Source of the DNA: Dehalococcoidia bacterium
Lineage (GTDB): Bacteria > Chloroflexota > Dehalococcoidia > DSTF01 > JACRBR01
DNA length: 64,000 nt
Direction of reading: 5' to 3'
Assembly: GCA_021731085.1 (NCBI GenBank)
Contig: JAKFYB010000005.1
Coordinates: 34,357 to 98,356 of the forward strand
Part shown: in pieces, positions 60,115-64,000 of the stretch
Layout of the letters: each line of letters opens with the position of its first letter
How positions within the stretch are numbered: position 1 is the first letter of the stretch
Made by a program: the position numbers and the translations under genes
The notes under the pieces: model-generated
Database searches by the model: none
Told to the model about the DNA's origin: nothing
What the model saw: only the letters and a program-made list of their open reading frames with translations

Positions 60115-63100
60115 GTGAGATTAAACGTGCGGTGGGCGGGACCGGACCGTAGGTGGCTCCTTGGGCTACCCGCGCTTCTCGCCGTCATCGCCGTCCTCGG
60201 TATCGCCGCTCTTGCCTCCCAGACCATCTTCGGCGGGAGCCGCCCAGCAGAAGCCGTGAACAGCGGCACGATGCGCATCGAACCGCCCGGCATCCAAACC
60301 CAGCAGGGCAACAACTTCTCCGTCTTCGTCGCGGGATCGAACGACACGCCCCTTGGGACGTTCACGATCCAGATCGGCTACGACGCAAATTTCCTCTCGT
60401 TCAACTTCGCACAGGAAACGGGCTATCTCGCCTCAGGTGGAAACACCGCGCAGTGCTTTCCTCCGACCAACAATGTGAATGGCGCCAGCAGTTCCGTTCG
60501 CTTCGAGTGCGGATCGTTTGGGCCCAACGGCGGGCCGACAACGCTCAACGACAACTTCGCCATCTTCAATTTCAATGCTGCCAATCCAACACTGCCCGGA
60601 CCCGTCACCCCGCTGACGCTGCAAGTCGCCGAGATGACGGACGTGCTCGTGAACACGATCTACAACGTCGTCGTCACGGGCAACGGTGTCGTGGAGATCG
60701 CCGGAGTCGGAGGCACGCCACAACCGACGTTCACGCCATCAAACACGCCGACAATCACAAACACGCCGACAATCACGAGTACGCCTTCTCCGACACCAAC
60801 GCCGGGCATTGCGCCGCCTGGGGACTGCGGCCCGCAGGACGCGGCCGCTGTGTGCATCACACCACCTGCGATCAATGCGAACCAATTCGCGCCGCTCACC
60901 GTCGATGTGCAGATCGAGGATGTCACGCAGGTCCTCGCGTTCGACGTGACGCTCGGCTTCGACCCCGGTTTCTTCAGCACGGACCCGCTGACAATCCAGG
61001 CCGAGGCTGGTCCGTTCCTCAGCAATTCAGGCCGCGACGTACTGTGCCCACAGATCGTAAAGACCAGTACCACTGTGCGTTTAGCCTGCGTCACGCTCGG
61101 ACCTGTGCCACCTCCAGGCGCTGGCGGCACAGGCGTGCTCGCGCGGTTCACGCTCGTGCCGAGCAACACCGGCAGCACGATCCTGACGATCGAGGATGCG
61201 CAGGTCATCCGGTCGGCAGCGACGGTCGACGACCCCGCGGCCGTCGCGCTCTTGCCCGTCGGGTTCAACTCCACCGCCAACATCACGATCGCTCCGTGCG
61301 TCGGGCCATGTCCCGCCAGCACCTCGACACCGACGCCCGTTCCGCCAGCGACCGACACGCCGACGCCGACCGAGTCACCGACATCCACGGTCACGAACAC
61401 CGCGACCACGTGTCCCGGGACTTGCGCGACGGAAACGCCAACCAACTCGCCGACACCGTCGCCGACGGTCACGCCAACGTTTGGGCCATCGACGATCCGC
61501 GTCGTGCCCGTCGCGCAAACGGCGACCACAGGTAACACGGTCTCGATCGGAATCGTCGCCGAGAACGTGGTGAACCTGGGCGGCTTCTCCGTGAAGCTCG
61601 CCTTTAACCCCGCCCTGCTCAACGAGAGCCAGGCCAACGGCACGTTCGGTCCATTCCTGCTGACATCAGGCCGGACAGCCAACGACATCTCGTGCTTCGT
61701 AAGTGGTTCGATCCCGCCGGAACCCGGCGGCGATCCGCCACCCGATCCCGCACCCGGTGAGATCGGCTTCAACTGCGTCGTCTTCAACGGAAACGTGCCC
61801 GGCGTGACGGGCAGCGGGCTCATCGCGACCATCACGATGCCGGCAATCGCCGCGGGCACGTCGGTGCTCGACCTCATCGAAGTGACGATGGTGACACCGT
61901 TCGGCGTGCCAATCCCGACGGGCTCGCTCGTCGATGGCAGCGTCACGATCGAGGCTGCGGCGACAGCCACGCCATGCCCGGGCGTCTGCCCGACGGCTAC
62001 ATCAACATCAACGCCAACGATCACACCGACACCGGGCGGCGTTCCGGCCATCGTCATCGTGCCGACGCAGCAGATCGTTGGAGTCAACGAGTTCGTCGAC
62101 GTGCAGGTCAATGTCTCTGATGTGCAGAATCTGGGCGCCTACCAGTTCAGCATCCGATTCCTCGGCGGCGCGCCATTGGAACAACTCGAATTGGTGAGCG
62201 TCACCAACAGCAGCTTCCTCGGCAGCTCGGGCCGCACCGTGTTCTGCCCGCCGCCTCTCGTCGTCAGCGGATCTGTGCAGTTCGGCTGCGCCTCGCAAGG
62301 ACTGACGCCACCGGGCCCGAGCGGTAGCGCCACGCTCGCGACCATCCGGTTCCGAACGCTCAACCCCGGATTCGTGGACCTGCGATTGAACGTCACAGGC
62401 AACGAACTGGCGCAGCCGAATGGCGCGGACATCGCCAAGACCTTGAACAACGACGCGGCGGATGAAATCGTCATCATCGCAGGCACGCCGACGAACACAC
62501 CGACGATTACCAACACGCCAACGCAGACCTTCACACCTTCGCCGACGTTCACGCCGCAGGCACAGCCGCCGTGCGTGACGCAGCCGGGCGGCACCGGCAA
62601 CACCTGTTTCGTCATCGACGCCGACCCGCTCGAGCCGGGCTACCAGCCCCTCAAGGGCGTGCCGGCCAGCGGCAACTTCAACGTCGATGTCTACCTGCGC
62701 GACGTGCCGGCGGCGAACAACGGCCTCAACAACTTCCAATTCACGATGCTCTACGACGTCTCGTGGCTGACGGCCGCCGCGCCGATCAGCCCGCTCACCG
62801 GAGCAGGATTCCAGTGCAACATCCCGCCGCCATCGGGCGACCTCGACGAAGGCGACTCCAACGCCGACGGTAACCCCGCCACGGGCGATGCCTTCATCGC
62901 CTGCTTCACGTTCGGCGCCGGGCCGTCGGGTGACGTGCTGGTCGCGACGGTGCCGTTCACCGTCACAGGCATCGGCACATCGCCGCTGACCCTCTTCCGC
63001 GGCCTCGCAGCGGACGAGAACCTCACCGAACTCGCGAGCTGCAACCCGGTGAACGTGAACCCCGGCGCGGGCTGCCGAAACGCAGTTGTGTTCAACGGCG

Positions 63101-64000
63101 CGCCGCCGACATCGACGCCATCCCCGACCAACACCCCGACGCCCACCGACACGCCGACTCCTACGGACACACCGACACCAACAGACACGCCAACACCGAC
63201 ACCAACGGAGACCCCGACCTACACGCCAACGCCGACGGAAACGCCGACCGACACGCCGACGCCGACAGAAACACCAACAGACACGGCGACGCCGACGGAG
63301 ACGCCGACCGACACGGCCACGCCAACGGAGACGCCGACCGACACGGCCACGCCGACGGAAACGCCGACGGAAACGCCCACTGACACGGCGACCCCAACGG
63401 AAACACCCACGCCCACGGAGACGGCGACAGGAACGCCCACGGACACAGCAACGGCGACGGCAACCCCGACGACGGTCGATCAGCCGCTGTGCGTGCAGCA
63501 GCCAGGCGGCACGACGAACGTCTGCTTCGTCGTCGATGCGGACGCGCTGACCAGCGGCGAGCAAGCATCGCGCATCCTGCCACCATCCGGCACCTTCGAT
63601 GTTGAGATCGTCGCGCGCGACGTGCCTTCCGGCGCTGGACTCGGCTCGTTCCAGGTGACGCTGCTCTACGACAACGCATGGCTGACGGCCGGCACGCCGA
63701 CGAGCGCACTAACGGGCGCCGGCTTCGACTGCAGCGCCACGCCTGCAAGCGGCGACCTCGACGAACTCGACCCGAACGCCGACGGCAATCCGGCGACAGG
63801 CGACGCGTTCATCGCCTGCGCCATCGCAGGTACCGGGCCGGACGGCGACATCGTCCTTGCGACGGTGCCGTTCACAATTACAGGCACCGGTGGTGGACCC
63901 CTGTCGGTGTTCCGTGGCCGGATGGCGGACGGCCTCGGCTTCCAGCTTGTGAGCTGCGCGACGGTCGATACGGAAGCGGGTGCGGGCTGCCTCGACGGCG
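60115..64000 (+). CDS. Large secreted multi-cohesin-like protein with Pro/Thr linkers (3' end outside window)
   Basis: Frame-1 ORF open to the window end and absent from ORF track; signal peptide [18 protein letters not shown]; repeated beta-sandwich modules (e.g. [12 protein letters not shown]...GPFLSNSGR...GTGVLARFT) separated by PT repeats; start codon uncertain. Confidence 0.85.
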   Translation, partial: MRLNVRWAGPDRRWLLGLPALLAVIAVLGIAALASQTIFGGSRPAEAVNSGTMRIEPPGIQTQQGNNFSVFVAGSNDTPLGTFTIQIGYDANFLSFNFAQETGYLASGGNTAQCFPPTNNVNGASSSVRFECGSFGPNGGPTTLNDNFAIFNFNAANPTLPGPVTPLTLQVAEMTDVLVNTIYNVVVTGNGVVEIAGVGGTPQPTFTPSNTPTITNTPTITSTPSPTPTPGIAPPGDCGPQDAAAVCITPPAINANQFAPLTVDVQIEDVTQVLAFDVTLGFDPGFFSTDPLTIQAEAGPFLSNSGRDVLCPQIVKTSTTVRLACVTLGPVPPPGAGGTGVLARFTLVPSNTGSTILTIEDAQVIRSAATVDDPAAVALLPVGFNSTANITIAPCVGPCPASTSTPTPVPPATDTPTPTESPTSTVTNTATTCPGTCATETPTNSPTPSPTVTPTFGPSTIRVVPVAQTATTGNTVSIGIVAENVVNLGGFSVKLAFNPALLNESQANGTFGPFLLTSGRTANDISCFVSGSIPPEPGGDPPPDPAPGEIGFNCVVFNGNVPGVTGSGLIATITMPAIAAGTSVLDLIEVTMVTPFGVPIPTGSLVDGSVTIEAAATATPCPGVCPTATSTSTPTITPTPGGVPAIVIVPTQQIVGVNEFVDVQVNVSDVQNLGAYQFSIRFLGGAPLEQLELVSVTNSSFLGSSGRTVFCPPPLVVSGSVQFGCASQGLTPPGPSGSATLATIRFRTLNPGFVDLRLNVTGNELAQPNGADIAKTLNNDAADEIVIIAGTPTNTPTITNTPTQTFTPSPTFTPQAQPPCVTQPGGTGNTCFVIDADPLEPGYQPLKGVPASGNFNVDVYLRDVPAANNGLNNFQFTMLYDVSWLTAAAPISPLTGAGFQCNIPPPSGDLDEGDSNADGNPATGDAFIACFTFGAGPSGDVLVATVPFTVTGIGTSPLTLFRGLAADENLTELASCNPVNVNPGAGCRNAVVFNGAPPTSTPSPTNTPTPTDTPTPTDTPTPTDTPTPTPTETPTYTPTPTETPTDTPTPTETPTDTATPTETPTDTATPTETPTDTATPTETPTETPTDTATPTETPTPTETATGTPTDTATATATPTTVDQPLCVQQPGGTTNVCFVVDADALTSGEQASRILPPSGTFDVEIVARDVPSGAGLGSFQVTLLYDNAWLTAGTPTSALTGAGFDCSATPASGDLDELDPNADGNPATGDAFIACAIAGTGPDGDIVLATVPFTITGTGGGPLSVFRGRMADGLGFQLVSCATVDTEAGAGCLDG

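Noticed and set aside
60660-63887. Long minus-strand ORFs (VGVGV-rich, Arg-rich)
   Set aside because: These are antisense shadows of the Pro/Thr-repeat plus-strand gene.

Overview
High-GC bacterial chromosomal window. Gene content (Tad pilus locus with no secretin, DUF1786, multi-cohesin-like surface protein, DUF35/thiolase pairs) suggests Chloroflexota, possibly Dehalococcoidia; this is an inference. Housekeeping and metabolic genes: Fe3+ ABC transporter, pheST, nadA with an NrtR-type operator, oppDF, icd, a flp-tad operon, tRNA-Lys(CTT) and tRNA-Leu(TAG). A ~14.1-kb integrative element sits in tRNA-Lys, bounded by a perfect 48-bp direct repeat (19531-19578 / 33628-33675). It carries a tyrosine integrase, two excisionase-like HTH genes, a primase-helicase, a three-gene restriction-modification-like system, a NYN RNase flanked by structured non-coding DNA, and an ArdC-like gene that reads through the att site. 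Strongest leads: (1) an uncharacterised 175-aa gene followed immediately by a mini repeat-spacer array (15-bp repeat, 32-bp period); (2) the ArdC-like C-terminus is predicted to be swapped by excision/integration; (3) the NYN nuclease with candidate cognate RNAs; (4) an MTase pair with complementary motif losses; (5) several unannotated small ORFs and operator arrays. All family calls come from recognising motifs by eye; no searches were run.
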